Shown here: in pieces, positions 12,366-27,297 of the stretch
Position numbering within the stretch: the first letter of the stretch is position 1
Layout of the letters: every line of letters begins with the position of its first letter
NCBI GenBank assembly: GCA_030141605.1
Contig: JAQGDQ010000871.1
Span: 22,412-86,411 of the forward strand
DNA length: 64,000 nucleotides
Direction: 5' to 3'
DNA from: Tubiluchus corallicola
Lineage: Eukaryota > Animalia > Priapulida
Translations under genes and position numbers: made by a program
Notes under the pieces: model-generated
The model's input: only the letters and a program-made list of their open reading frames with translations
The model's database searches: none
Told to the model about the DNA's origin: nothing

Positions 12366-15300
12366 AATGAAATAAGGCAGTATTTATACTTTTTTTTAAA
12401 TGCAGTCTTAACACTGAGGTAAGGTAATTGAACAAAAGTACAGTTTTTCGACTGTTGCACAGGAGGTCGTTTACACGTTTGCTAATTTTTAGGCACTCTT
12501 CGTCGCTGTCACGAACACCTGTTCAGACCCCTCCACCAGAAATTATGTAACAACAGCTAGTAGTAGAACGCTCAAAAAGATTATCAAACACCTTCAACCG
12601 GACTCTGCACTCCTAAGTACTACACTTCCTTTTTTCCAAATACATTTAATTCTACTATACGTCATATATAACGTGGAATATATCGAAATGCTGGCAACGA
12701 CTGAGTTTGTGATATTTCTTATTCAGACATGATAACATATAGAGCGTAGCGCAAAACTCATTGTACCCTGAAAAATTTCTAATCTATATTTAAATTTATT
12801 TGAGATACAATTTTATTTTTACTAGCATGGAATAAAAGTCTATCACAGATTGTTTACTATCTTTGCAGTGTTTTGTTATTCTAGGCGGCACAAAAGTTCT
12901 TTACACGAAAAAATAAATTTGCTGTTACTAAATTCGTTTGTATATAAAGCCAAATTAATTAAATATGATTGTTGCACATCAGGAAAATAAAAAGGTTCTG
13001 CACGTATTGCAAAAATTTAATAACTGTACATTTACATACACAGTAGTGTAGTTGTGTAGACTATTACAGCTGTTGCAGGTACAAATGTTTGCTCCATTAC
13101 TCCTTCCCAAGGTTGTATATGCAATAAAAGACACAATATGTTAGACTTGTATTACGAGCTAGACTCCTTTTCTACTTTTACATTGTCATAACATGCTGTT
13201 TATTCCCCCCCCCTGAAAGTTTGATGAGAAATAGAGTAATGATGGTATTATCAATAATAATAATTAATATGACAACCACGTTATTGATTAAACCTGAAAA
13301 CCAGTATTATAAATGGTTCAGTTGCCCTTTAAACCCAAGATTTAGGAATTTAAGTTCTGCGGGTTGGTTTGTAGCATTCATTTTTGTGCGCCATATGAAG
13401 CCGTCTGATCAACCTGTGAATGCGGAGAGGTGACCCAGAAAACTCGTCACGATACAGGTGTACAAGGTAGAAAACAGTCGAGCTTTGGTATTGGACCTGA
13501 AAACATTACATAGGTCAGATTTTCGTAATGGCAGTTTTGCTGAACTTTTGAATGAAAATGTTTATCCATTTTACTACTTTTGATTGCTGCTGTCATAATG
13601 GATGGGTGAGGATTTTGGACAGTTAATGGCGTCCCAAGCACCTGATGTTATGGTGAGGGTATTTGTGGGTCTGATGAATACCTGTTGAGCGATAGACGAG
13701 AACTGGACCTTCCAGTGCAGTTTTCTTGCTTTTTGAGGACAGCAAGAGGTATATAGAGCTTCAGACTATCCCACGGGATCCCGATCTTTAAGTTGACTTA
13801 TTCTTTGCCTTACTATGCAGCGTGTCATGGGTACAGATGGATTAATGGTATTCACAGTTGGTAAATGTTCAATATAAACATGATCCTACCCGAGTTGAAG
13901 TCATGCCGGACATTGAAATTATGCATGATGTTAGTAAGGAAATGTTTCCTGGATGCTGCAGATTTACACGTGACGTCACAGCCCTGAATGCTATTTTTAA
14001 CTCGTTAACTTGCTAGCATTTCTCCTGGGGTGGCTGATAGTTACGGTAAGCCCTTACACGAACATTTTGTTACTGTTAGTTCCAATGGAAATATTGCCAA
14101 GTCGTTATAATATGTTTAATTATGAACTCTATTTTTGGGGGCTATTGCTTAGTTTTGCTTACGATTTTGCCCAATAAATTTTTCTCATATTTTTGCCAAT
14201 GTTTTGTTTCGATATACTGTGCTTTAATGACGTATTTCGTCGTTTCGATTTTCGTGCCTAATGCTTTGTCATTAAATTTGATTACAGCATACTATGATTA
14301 TTACTGTTGCATCATTGTCACGTTGCATTTAATTCAATTAACCGACAAAAACAGAATCCCACAAGAACCAATACCATCTTGAAGTGGTAGCGCCCCAAGT
14401 AGACTACCCTTGCTGCGAAGCCACTGTCTGGAGTTTGTGGGCAGATCTGTCTTTAAAGTAAAATTTCATGTATACTTTTTGCTCGGTCAAGAGCTCTCCA
14501 ATGACTACCTGACATCTAGTCAGGCCTGCTCCATCTGTACTAGTCATAACAATTGTATAGGCAAAACTTGTTTATCCTGTGACTAAGCTCCAACTGGCCG
14601 ACCTTCACTGACATTCTGGAATTTCTGGACTCAATATTAAACCAACAATGTATGTATGTATTCTAGCTTTCTAGTCTAGTGAAGTATTTCAGTACTTTAC
14701 TAGAGCAAATTTGTTTTTTTGCAGAATAAACAACTTAGCTATGGAAACGCAACATTGGTTTGAGTGTGTACATTACAACAACTTTTACACACACAAGCTC
14801 GAAGCAAGTATTTAATAACAGTATCACGAAACCGTGAATCTTCTCAGTCTAGTCACGTTCTGAGTACTGACATTTACAATTGTAATTGAATGATATATGC
14901 GCATGAGCACTTTCCTGTAACATTTTCTCAAAACGATCGCTAATTGACGTTCTGCTGAGATTGTTGTGTCTCAAAAATCTCAATAGCGATCATGTCACTA
15001 ATGATAATGATAATTTATTCCATTCACTTGGAGCTGCACTGGCAAAAGCATGTCACCGTACCAAACGCTGATTCTTCGACTATTAGTGACACCTAGTGTA
15101 AAAGTATCCGAAGATCTTATTAAAGAACATCTAGGCACATAAAAATTTACTAGATTAGCCAGATAAAACGGACCAGGCCAGACAAAGATTTAAAAGTAAC
15201 CAGCAATAGCAAAGGAGCGCGTTGTTTGACAGGGAGCCAGTGCAACTACATTAGGAGAAATATGATGAAAACGCCTAGTTTAAGTAACAATTCTAGTAGC

Positions 15301-15616
15301 CGGTATTCTGAAGACGCTACAAATGATCAAGTTCATGAATATTAAGGTATAAAAATGTTTAGTACTTTAAAGTTCAGCTGGTTTACTCTCTAGATTATAT
15401 TGTAAGACAATCTAATTTTGCATTTTGTTAAACCGCAATTCTTTATTGTCCTTTGAGATACACTTATCCATAAATACGGAAAAAAGGAATTTTTCGGTTT
15501 TTAGTTGGTTTAAATGGTCATTATTCTGAGTATCTTAACAGAGGAGGTGAGAATGATGCGCTGCATATAATCGATTAACTAATTCAGCCAACTGATACAC
15601 TTCACTCACTGCCTGA

Positions 15617-16432
15617 ATGAGAAGAGAGATGTTAGCAGGCGAACAAAAATGGCGTGCAGCATTGGTTATCGTGTTGCTACTAGCTACTTTTTCCTATATT
15701 GAGTATGCGTTTTATGAAACTTGGGAGAGTAGTATGTCTGAAACAAGTCCTCATAAACTTTATTCATCACATCGTAGGAAAGTATTATTATTTATTGGCA
15801 TTATGAGTGCGCCGTTCCGCAGGGACAGACGTGACGTCATCCGTTCAACATGGCTGAAGTGGTGTAACAGTTTCAATGACGTCGTCTGCCTCTTTTTTAC
15901 TGATGGACAAGACAGGTTTGGAAATAAGTTGGAAAATGTGAGCCTAAACATTCTACTCGACGAGGCAAATTCTTACGGTAATGACTTGGTATTAGCAGAG
16001 ACGCCTGGTGGTATGAATTTTGGCAGACGATTGGTGTGGATGATGGATTTTGCTTCAAAAAGATACGAGTTTAAATACTTCCTGCGTCTGGATGATGATG
16101 CATTTCTCTGCTTGCAAAGGCTAAGGGCTGAGTTGAAAATGCTTTCCGCGAAAAGGGTAAATTGGGGCTACAGACATTGCGAAAACCGTAGGAAAGGTAT
16201 GTAAATGAAGCCAGGAGACATTTACAGACTGAGTAATTAACTAAAGCATTGTTGTTTTCTAATAACTCTGTTATCGAAGCAGTGCTTGTATATCGTTTAT
16301 AATGTAATTGTGTGTTATTATACGATGGACTGCATAATGCATAACCACATTTCTCTTACGTATGCGTTAGCGTAATACTATGTGTGATTGTTTGTTAGTG
16401 TTTTCCATCTTTTCTCTCCCTCGTTCATTCAG

Positions 16433-16486
<54 letters not shown>

Positions 16487-16509
16487 CTCTCTCTCTCTCT
16501 CTCTCTCTC

Positions 16510-16546
<37 letters not shown>

Positions 16547-16583
16547 CTCTCTCTCTACCTCTCTCTCTCTACCTCTCTCTCTA

Positions 16584-16677
<94 letters not shown>

Positions 16678-17286
16678 CCTCCCTCTCTCTCTCTCTCTCA
16701 TTCTCTCTGACACTCCTTTCTCATTTTTTCATTCCATCCTATCTCATACCTTTGCCCCTTTCTTTATCTTTTTTCTTCTTTCCCTCGATTTATTCTCCTT
16801 CCAAAGCTGTGTTGATCTTTTTAATTTACAAAAAGTAACATAATTTCAGGTATAACTCGAATGGATGAATTCTTCTTTCTAGTATCTGCAGATGTCGTCC
16901 AAGAAGTGCTGCAAAAGTTTCACTCGGAAACTCTTTTATGTGATGAGTTTGGTGGCATATCAGCAGGAATGTGGCTTTACAACATGCACAGCGTCACTTA
17001 CCTTGTGGACAACTCCAGGATTCTTTTGCATTATGACAAAGATGCGGTTCTAAAACCGACAATATGCAATGACATCATTGTTGCCCACAAAGTTTATCCA
17101 GCGCTGATCCAGAAAATTTGGACATTGGCCAATAACTCCATCGTACATGGAATCTATTCAAGGCATTTCAGGCAAAGTTGTCCTCTTGGAAAACAGAATT
17201 ATACAGGAAGACATTTAAAGTTTTGTCACAACGAGTCATTCACTAATAAATCATTTTGGCCTGGAAGTCAAGGCAGGTCACAGTAA
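15617..17286 (+). CDS. GT31 beta-1,3-galactosyltransferase-like protein; exons 15617-16196, 16850-17286
   Basis: Type II membrane anchor, LFIGIMSAP...RRDVIRSTW, DLVL and FKYFLRLDDD (DxD) motifs. Phase-1 intron G|gtatgt...tttcag|GT joins the two ORFs in frame. Confidence 0.85.
16435..16710. repeat. Long imperfect (CT)n microsatellite in the GT31 intron
   Basis: Directly visible. Confidence 0.97.
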
Positions 17287-18211
17287 ATTCAATTTCATTG
17301 CGCTTTAGTAGCGTGAACCATTTAAGCATAAACAAAGCTCGAAAGTAGTAATAGTGTCAATATTCTGTACCTTTTGTCAGTTTTTATTAAATTGTTACTT
17401 TATAGTACAAACTAGATTAATAAGAGATAAACACGTGATGTTGATCAAACACTGTACTATCTATAAAATTTAGTTAATTAATTTTGCCGCGCGGCAATAA
17501 ACGCAATAAACAGAATTATTATAATTGTCTTAATATATCGTAATATCATATCATAATAATTTCGTTTCATTTGTAATAAAAGTGATTTATTCCTGTTTTT
17601 TTTAAAAAGTCTACAACAAGCCTATTAACTAGTTTGGTGCTATTGCGATATGTGTTGCTATGTACTACAATTCGAATTTTGTTTGAATGAATATAAACCA
17701 CGGCGTTTTTTTATTTGTTAGTGTTCATAGTAATAACAAATTATCCGATGATTAATTGCTGGTCTTTCTTTTGTTTTATTTTATGTGAATTCTTGAACTA
17801 CCAGATTGTAACATTTGATCTAAACAAAATTATCAATCCTGCAGTACTATACAGAAAAGTTTTCGAAACTGGTCATCAAATTGCTTTGAATCATCAAACT
17901 TGTTTTATATCTATGACACGCATTGACAGTGCGCTGTTTTTTTTCAATCGACGAATGAAGTTTTTGGTGGAAGAATGGACGTCTGAAATTGAAACACCAA
18001 AGCGCGAAATTATAGCGCCTAAAAGTGATTTTAGTAATTACACAAGATACTTTTATTACTAAATCTTTCTGACATTTATCGCGAATATTAAAATGAGCTC
18101 AACTTCCCAGAAATACTTGGCTCTTCGTTCAAAAGACGATTAGATACGAAAACAAATGAACATAAAAATATTCCTATAAAAAAAGAAAATTAAGTTAAGG
18201 ATACAAATTTG

Positions 18212-18763
18212 CATGGGTGCCCGCAGAGTATAAAAAAGTTGACGCACAGGCAGCTTGGGGGTCTGGGGGAGGTCTGGGGCGCGGAGCCTCGGCCATCAAC
18301 ACATTTTCGTGTATTTAAGAACATTTTGGAGGCCTCAAATGAGATCTAAATTTTAGTACATAGACTTTCCCAAACGCTTTAATTAATATATTTTACCTGC
18401 ATTTACCTAGATATTTATTGTATTCTATTGTAGTAGTCATATATCTTAAAAGTAAGTCCGTAATACACTGCAATGCGGATGACCCATTACTTAAGCTTAA
18501 TTTATTTAGTGTCAAAATTATCTACCCAGCAAAATGTGGATAGTCAAACATAAAACTGATTTGAGACTGTTAAGTTTACAGCCCATCTACTGTTCAGACA
18601 AAATTTAATAAGTTGCGTGCGTATTCTCCCCCCCCCCCAACTCAACAAGTGTTAATGTGTATCGTAGTTTACTGCTAACAAATTTTATTCAGCCATAAAA
18701 AAATTTATTTAAGAAATTCTGTGGACGCACGTGCGTCAGTTCGTCCGCCTGCCGGCGCCCGTG
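18212..18763. mobile_element. hAT-type non-autonomous element (MITE)
   Basis: Imperfect 15-bp TIRs (CATGGGTGCCCGCAG / rc CACGGGCGCCGGCAG). Exact 8-bp TSD CAAATTTG at 18204-18211 and 18764-18771. Confidence 0.8.
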
Positions 18764-19738
18764 CAAATTTGTGAAAAAATATTTACAGCGTTAATTAAAA
18801 GCGCATTAATTCCAAAAGGAAAATCAGGGAACTAGTCTGGAGTGAGCACCGGTTACGCTAGAGCAGTGATAACAACTAAGCATCGGTATTCAAAATTGCA
18901 ATTAAATATTGTCACGTTTAAACTACACATGAGAACCCAAGGGCAAGCAAAACAAATACATTTTCTTTAAAGAACATCAAAGTATATTACAATCAATGAA
19001 ATGACGCCTGGCATTAAAGTAAACTCTAACATTGACAGAGGAATATCTTCAATACGTTGCTGGTTATTTATTTAATTAATGCAAGCGTTAGAGAGATGCT
19101 TGAATTATACTAGAGTAGTGTTGTAACACCCTATTCAAGCGCCCCCATAAACGTTAATGGACGTCAAGGCTATTATACCACATGTTTTTATTTAGGTAAA
19201 TATTAGATCCGTTGGCTGCCTTAGGATACGGTTGCTACGTTCTTGTAACATCATGAACATTTAAATATGTTATGAGCTTAGCATGGCTAATTACTGTGTG
19301 ATGAAACAAAATAATAAAATTGTAGGTCAGATACAGTTGGTGCAAAACTAATACGGATTCTGTGATAAATGCTTTTGCATACAATATAAATGAGCTAAGT
19401 GATGTGAATAGAGACTGTCCAGTGAAGGTATTTGGTTAGACAAAAATTAAGTTGTGGTGCAGATGTGGGGAAAATTGTTGGTAATAATAATGCTGTGGCA
19501 TCTCTGTTAAATGTTTTAATTGTCGATTAGTGGGAATTTTCCTGTTTTTATTATTTGTTTGTGATGAAAATGTTATTCAACAAAAGATACCGAGTATTGG
19601 CGTGAATGGAGGATCACTGTGCCAAAATTACCAAAGTGGTTTCATCAACGTTTACAACTTTTTTTGAATGCTGTAAACACAGGTACCATTCTATCACTCA
19701 TTATTCATTTCTGAAATACTGCAGAGATCTCTTCGGAC

Positions 19739-22700
19739 ATGATTGTCAGAAAAATTACAGACTTTGAGCTTCCAGGAGTTTGGCGCAGTGTCTTTCTGGC
19801 GGTTCTCTTCTTATTGGCAACTATCACCATAGTCACTCTGAACATCACACCGAGTCTTAAAATGGTTATAAAAACGATGGATGTTGATTTGCAAAGTGCC
19901 TTATATGTAAGTTTTTTCAGAAATGCTCAAAAGGTTAACTGTTTTGCGTGTAATTATTTTACTGAGAGCAAAACACAATAAGGATGAAGATGAAGGTGAG
20001 GATGAGGATAAGGCTCAAGTTGAAGATGCAGATGAGGACGTGGGTAAGGGTAAGGATAAGGATAAGGATGAACATGAGGATAAGGACAAAGATCATAGTA
20101 AGAATAAGGATAAGAATTAGGATATAAGGCTAAGCATAAGAATGAAAATGAGAATGATGATGAGGATGGGAATAAGGAAAAGGTAAGAATGAGTATAAGG
20201 ACACAAATTGGGATAAGTATGACGTCACTAGCACAGCCCGGATTCTCATCTCTTACAGTTTCCATGTTGTATTTGCATCGTGTTTTTCCTGCTGTTGTGC
20301 ATCCAACACTTTTACGATAATGTGCATTAATCGTCTTACAAGTTATGATTTCAATCTATTACCATAGCCATCATTACAATTACTACAATTACCAAACACG
20401 TTTGTTATTAATAGGAATCTTTAATATTACCATTAACCTCGTCCTCATCCTCATCTTCATCTTCATCCTCATCCCCATCCTCATCTTTATCCTAGCCATG
20501 ACCTTTACCATACACTCGCTTCATCGTTTTTTATCATTATCATCACTTTTATCCTTATCCTTTCCTAACTACATTTTTTGATGATAAACTACATTTCCAT
20601 TCTTATTTTATAATTTGCAAGTCTTTTAATTAATATGATGGTAGCAGTTATGTATTGTTATTTACATTGTGTTGCTTCATGATGTTAAAATAAACAGGGC
20701 TACTATGTGACACAATAGTAAAGAAGCTAAAAACCTTTGAACGAGTGTCGGGATGATAAACTACTTTTGAGTATTTTGCTATAATCCCGGATTCTGATAT
20801 CATAAATACCAAAAAACATTTTCTTTGTCAATACCATTGTTTTTGCTATTACAGTCGTCAGTGTCATCGTCATCATAATCATCATAATCATCATCATTAT
20901 CAACATTTTCGACGATATCACAGTATCATCACCGATATCATGTAAAATTGCACAATCTTATTTAGAATTATTTCTCACAAAAAGCAAAGTACATTCAATG
21001 ATACATAACAACAACAGCAAAAAATAACAAATAGCTTACAATAAAATGCTTCAATGTGTGCTATCACGTTGAATAGTATTGTACAGTATATACAGTAAAT
21101 TTCAGTTTTCAACATCAACATTACGAAGGCTATGTCCCAAGAAATCTGCAAAAAATTACAGAGCTGCCTATTTTTTACCTTGTTAAAGCTGACAAAGAGA
21201 AATTTATAACTGAAGTTTATATAAAGAGAAACATTGTAACTCCGGAGAGGGTAAACCCCTGCTCGTCAGACATTATGGTGGGTATCATGCATCAAATGTT
21301 TCAGAAAGATGATTCTAGTATTCATTCTGATAAATGGATCGTAGTGACTACTATCTACACACCTACCGCAGATGTAAACCGCCTGTCAGAAATACCAGGA
21401 TGGAAAGTCGTTGTTGTTGGAGACAAGAAAACACCAGCAGATTGGAGGTATGTTGCTGAAGTGCAAACAAACATGCAAGCATTGATGTTTTTCATTGGAG
21501 GTATGTTGCTGAAGTGCAAACAAACATGCAAGCATTGATGCAAGCAAATCCGAATGGCTCCCTGCCTGTGTTCCGCCACTTCTTTTTTACCCAGTTCATT
21601 TCAACACAGTTTCATTGTGCGCACGCGCAGTTGCTGTAGGTCAAGGTTAAGTGTACAATAGCAACGCGTCTTAGCTACAACCGTCACGTGACGTTTGGGT
21701 AAGGGAAAGCCATCTGCCCGTCACTTCAGTAGCGTTAGTTGTTTTACGTGGACCTTACTTAATTATGTATTATTCTGTGCATAGAGTGATTTACTAGCAG
21801 GTTCTTGCTTAGGAACAAGAAAAAATTAACTAGGTAAGGTTCTAGCTAACTGCTACTATTACAATGGCATTGGCTACGAAGCGTTGTCAAGTGCGTTGTT
21901 TGATACACTTAACATTTGACCTTTTCAGATTCATCATCAATTGCTAGAACTGTGAAAAGGCTTATTGATAAAAAGTAAATTTGTCAAGTAAAAGGATAAA
22001 TAGACAGATTAACATAGATCATGAAAATTAGGTTTCACTGTTCCATTATGCAGTCAAATTTTGTCGAATTTCAATTACAGCATGTCGATAAAAGTGAAGT
22101 TTGAAGCGCTGAATTTTTTAAAAAGTTCTTGCGTTTTACTTTCAAGATGGCGCAACAGAAACTTATTTAAAATTGTTTCTTCGATGTGTGAAACATTCTT
22201 GGAAGCTGCTGTTCTTGAACAATTCTACCGTCTTTATCTAACGAAGTTATTTTAGTATGATCTTACGAATTTTTAAATAGGCTTAGATTCCTGTCTTTTA
22301 TTTTGCTTCTCTCAATATTTTACTTGTTTTTACTTTTTATAATAATTATTGTAATTTTTGTCGTTAATAATAGTTCATATGTGAACCAGTATTCTATTTG
22401 TCAAAATGGACGTTAAATAGTTCAATCTACTTACTTATTCACTTTCTCTGGGTGCGCTCGCCGGACATTAATCAGATTTGCTATTTTTTTATCAGAAATG
22501 TGTTAATAATTATTATTGCTAGAAAGAGCATATTTTTGGCAAAAGGTACGTATGCATCTCTTTTCCATTAGGCATGCATGCAACAATCAACCCCTACTTC
22601 TTTTCTTATTCAGAATATCTGGTACTGTAGTCGCTTTTGCGTGCTTTATAATCAACTACGATATTATTATTACAATATGCGATCATGACTTGAAAAAATC

Positions 22701-25700
22701 CGAAGGTTATTTGATATTAATAATTACCTGACAACAAATTAAAAAGAATAGAAAGTTTATTCATTTTACTTGACGATCAAGATGTACATGCTCTAAGTTT
22801 CAAATACGCCAGACGACACAAGATCCCATCTACGCACTATCGTACACTGTTAATGATGGCAGATTCAAGTCTTAGTCCCAATTTTATTAAATTTTGGTGA
22901 TTGCCTTGTAGTCATAAGCGAACTGGCAAAATAATTAATGGCATTTTATTATTGTTGTTTCAGTCATCCAAACTGCATTTTTCTCAGTTCTGAGAAGCAA
23001 CTTGAACTAGGATATCGTATTACTGACTATTTGCCATGGAACAGTTACTCTAGGAAGAACATTGGTTACATGTACGCTATACAAGTAAGCTTAGTTTAAG
23101 CATTACAATCGCTGGCGAATTAACATTAATTATACTTTACGTCATCAGTTTTTTTGGGGAAAAGATATCCATTTTTGTTGGAATTTCGGTATTACTGAAG
23201 ATAAAAAGCTTTTGACTTTTATACGACTTAATAACTCCGCTAGAGCATAAATATTGTCTATTGCTTACACAGCAGTTATAGTGCTATAGCTTGCTTATTA
23301 ACTAACAAGGATATTTATATACAAAGTCGTGTGATGGAATATGACTAATAACGCGTTTTAGAGTGATTCAGTTCATTGTGATTGTGTATGAATTTTCAAG
23401 TGAAGCAATACCTTTTACTTTTATTTATTATTTACTACTGGCTTAATCTATAGCTATGGTCATGTGAAATATTGTATAAACTAAACGATTTTCATCAGTA
23501 ACGTTAAAGCAAAAGCAGACCGAATCTTAAACTGTAGGTCAAAACAATCTATCCTTTAAGATATTGGAAGGAAATACTATTTTTTCTAAAATGACTTACG
23601 TGAAAGAATTATAACCACACAAGCACAATTTCGCGTTCGCACCACTAGTTCTTCGCTATTACATGCATTTCGCCATTAACTAGTTAGACGTGCACTAGCG
23701 CATGCATTTCGGAAACGCACTGCACAAAAGACAGGTGATGTACCTCTCAGTTCAGATGTGTTAGTTTGTGACGAACTTGCCTAGTTTTAGTACATCACAC
23801 TAAACATCTTACAGTAGCACTGTACTTCAATTTTCGGTTTCGCAATCACGTGTAACACGCTCGTGGAATATTTTTGTTGTTGAAAATTATGCTAGTTTGT
23901 GATGTCATCAATAGTTGGGCTCGCCTGTGGTAGTATGTGAAGAATCATCCTGTCTTACTTTAAGAATTTCCTTTTTATTCTTGCAGCATGGGGCCAAGTT
24001 TATTTTTGATACAGATGACGACAACCATCCACTAGACAACTTACAGGGGTTCGTTTACACAGACAAAACCAATGGTCTAGCGTATGCCAATGATGACAAA
24101 CAAACTCTCCACCAAGTGGTCAATCCATACGCACACTTTGGGCAGCCAACCGTTTGGCCACGTGGGTATCCTCTAGATGAAATAGGAACAAACATAACAA
24201 GGCTGTACCACGCTTGCATGTTCAAAACTCCAGCTATCCAACAAGGAGTGGTGAACGGTGATCCTGACGTTGACGCCATCTTTAGATTAACGAGAAAGAA
24301 CAAACATGTAACACTGAATCTAACATTTGACCAGACAGCACCACCAGTTGTTATACCACATTCCACCTACGTGCCTTTCAATTCTCAAAATACACTTTAT
24401 CATTACTCAGCCTTCTGGGGTTTAATGTTGCCCTTCACAACAACATTTCGAGTGTGTGATATTTGGAGGGGATATTGGACACAGAGACTGCTGAAAGAAT
24501 TGGATGAGACGTTGGGTTTTGTTGGTCCAAACTGTTACCAGTTTCGAAACTCGCATTCGTATTTAGAGGATGCAAAAGATGAGGAGGATCTTTACTTCAA
24601 AAGTTCGAAACTGGTTGAGTTACTGGCTTCATTTCAGTGTGAATCAGAAGATTTCTGGTCTTGCATATTACAACTTACGGAATTGATGGCTGAAGAAAGT
24701 TTTTGGCAAGATGGCGACGTGGAATTAGCTAAAGGTTGGCTGAATGATTTAAATTCTGTTGGCTATACTAAACCTACAAAGAAAACAGTAAGCAAATCTG
24801 TGTGCAATCACAATGGTGCAGATCAAACCAATGTTCAATTTTTTCCCGTACGTCAGCCAACAACGAACTTAAATTCCGTGAAACCCAGGAGAAAATTTCA
24901 CAGTTTAGTTGTGGATTGGGCTGAAACGAAATTTTGTCAAAATGTTTCTGCTTGTCTGCAGAAAAACGTAGAACCAGAATTAACTTTTAAAAACATTTTG
25001 CTAATAATAACCGTCAGTCCACAAAAAGAAAACATTTCTAACACTTTGCCATTTTCAGACTTCATGTACAGATCGTTGTTTCCTGTCATTTTATACTGTG
25101 GCGAAGTTATGCCAAATAACAGCACAGAGTTTTCATTTTACACTGTTGCAAGAAATATTGGAAAAGTTTGGTACCCGGGTGAGTGTATGCTGGGAGCTGT
25201 GAAAATGGGTTACGCAGTCTCAGGATATTTGTTGATAAATAATCATATGAGGTTCAGTTTAAATTATCTAGAAAAATTATTTAAACACGACAAATCAGAA
25301 ATGATGTTTCAAGACGACAAGCACCAGATTGAGGGAAATGCAAATACTGCAAGTGGCACCATCTATAGTCATTATAACGAAAGTAGTGGTGGTGCAACGA
25401 AAAGTTTTGTGAAAATGTTGAAAAGCCAAATAAAAGCTGCCTTTAAACTGTTGAAAGATGGCGTCATGGACAGCAGACGTAGTAAGTGTTTTAAAACAAT
25501 AATGGCTGATGTCGGAAAAGATTACAAAATGGCGTTCAGTGGCGCAGGTGTGTATTACCTACCCGCTCGATTAAAAGACAGATTTCATCAGTTAGCTCTA
25601 CTGTTTCGTAGGAAAACACAAATGGGTTTCAGTCTAAAAGTAATTAACAGAATTCTTCAATGCATAGACCAGCTAGAAAATGTTCAGCCAGAGGTCATAC

Positions 25701-25705
25701 TCTAA
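19739..25705 (+). CDS. STELLO-like (DUF288) glycosyltransferase; exons 19739-19906, ~21077-21447, 22964-23084, 23987-25705
   Basis: N-terminal TM; motifs KWIVVTTI, GWKVVVVGDKKTPADW, LPWNSYSRKNIGYMYAIQHGAKFIFDTDDDN, NPYAHFGQPTVWPRGYPL, GDPDVDAIFRL, PFNSQNT, FRVCDIWRGYW. Junctions 2/3 and 3/4 are in frame; the exon 2 acceptor is uncertain. Confidence 0.88.
19978..20570. repeat. Low-complexity GATGAG/GATAAG tract and its complement in STELLO intron 1
   Basis: Purine-rich hexamer repeats at 19978-20220; complementary CATCCT-type repeats at 20430-20570. Confidence 0.7.
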
Positions 25706-27297
25706 TGGATATTCACCAATGAGGAAGAATGAAGCAAATGTCCTTTTTAGGTGTGGCAATGATGGACTGCTGTTTGTTAACAAAGACAAAATTAATCATT
25801 TTGCTGGGTGCTTTTTTCGTAAAAATTCTTTCTTTGATGTTCATTGTTTGAAGAAATATCTGTGCAAAATGTGCATCTTATAGGTCTACAGTTCAAATGC
25901 GTTATGATAAATTTGCTTATATTTACAGCACGTTCAGTCAAGCGAGATTTCTTATCAAGTAAACTCGTCAAGTAACTCGGAAGCGTGTTCAAACTAGAGC
26001 AAAACTTGTTGCGAGTTACTCCCCGATAGTAAGCGCAAGCTGACACTCGCACTTTATTTCACTGCGAGAAATGTCCTTAGTAACTCGCAAAGGCTTTCAC
26101 ACTAGAGTAACTCACAGGAAATCAACACGTAGCAACCGTAGAAGAGTTTGCAATAACTTGCCAACAGTAACTCACAAAGCAGTTAACACTTGGCGAATTT
26201 ATTGCTAAAAAACTCGCCAGTCTAAATTCGCCGTTAGATTTTATATTGTTCTTACAACAAGGCGCGAATAGAGTTGATAAATCATTGAACTCCTTGTTTG
26301 ATTGTTACAATTGCTTATTGTAAGCGATTGTAGCGTTATAATTACAAGAATTGTGGTTATAATAGTGAGTACTTTTATTGTTGTAATTCAAACTTGAGTG
26401 CTCCAAGTTTGTGCAAGCGCTGTCTACAATTAACACTCAACAATTAAGCTATATTTTTCGTTGGTTACTCGCAATCTTTACTGCGACGTTATTAATAAAA
26501 AATGACAAATAAAATATTTTGATTATTTATAAATCATTTTTAAACATTAATAAATTCTTCGTAGCCGACAACGCATCTTTTAATCTTCAAAAATCGCAAT
26601 ATTTATGTATCTGTAAAGCATATTGTTTGGTAATGGAGTTTTCGTTTGGCTGTAGTTATGACAACAGCAGGCAATGCATGATGTTAGCGATGAATCTGCT
26701 TTCAGAAACGGGCGCTTTCTAACCCCGTTCAAGTAATGGGGGGAGGGGGGGACAATCCACGCTATCCCAAGCTTCCGTCACCCGTGCACACCATGTGACG
26801 TATCTGATGACAAACTTACATTATCATATGTTAAAACTACAGCTGAATGATACTGATAATTTCTAGATGAAATCGGCGGATAATAATAAAATGACGATTT
26901 TCACAATACCAGAACAAGAATACTTACCAGCAGATTCACCTTCATGGATATTTTATATTGATCTTGAATAAGAGTCAAGTACTTGAGCAAAACAAGGGAG
27001 CTTTTCGCCCATAAATTTTCTGAAATTGTTTACTCTGCTTTTGTTTACGTGAAACAGCAGTAAAGGGCGGCGTCAATGACATTTGGAGGTCGGTTACCCG
27101 ACAGCTCGGCAGACTTTCGAAAATGCCAAACTACATATAAAATAGTAAGTTAAAACACTAAGTACACAGTTTCGCACTTGAGTTTAGCACAAATTCCCAT
27201 CGTGTAACTAGTAATAATTATATTGTTAATACTATTACAGTGCATTGTTTATACAAACGACTCAATGAAACAACATTTCATAATCTACAACATAGCT

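Noticed and set aside
16380-16843. (SL)n ORFs, and likewise the ORF at 3202-3672
   Set aside because: Artefacts of CT repeats.
26921-26935. U1 snRNA 5' end (ATACTTACC)
   Set aside because: The match stops after 9 nt and nothing downstream resembles U1.
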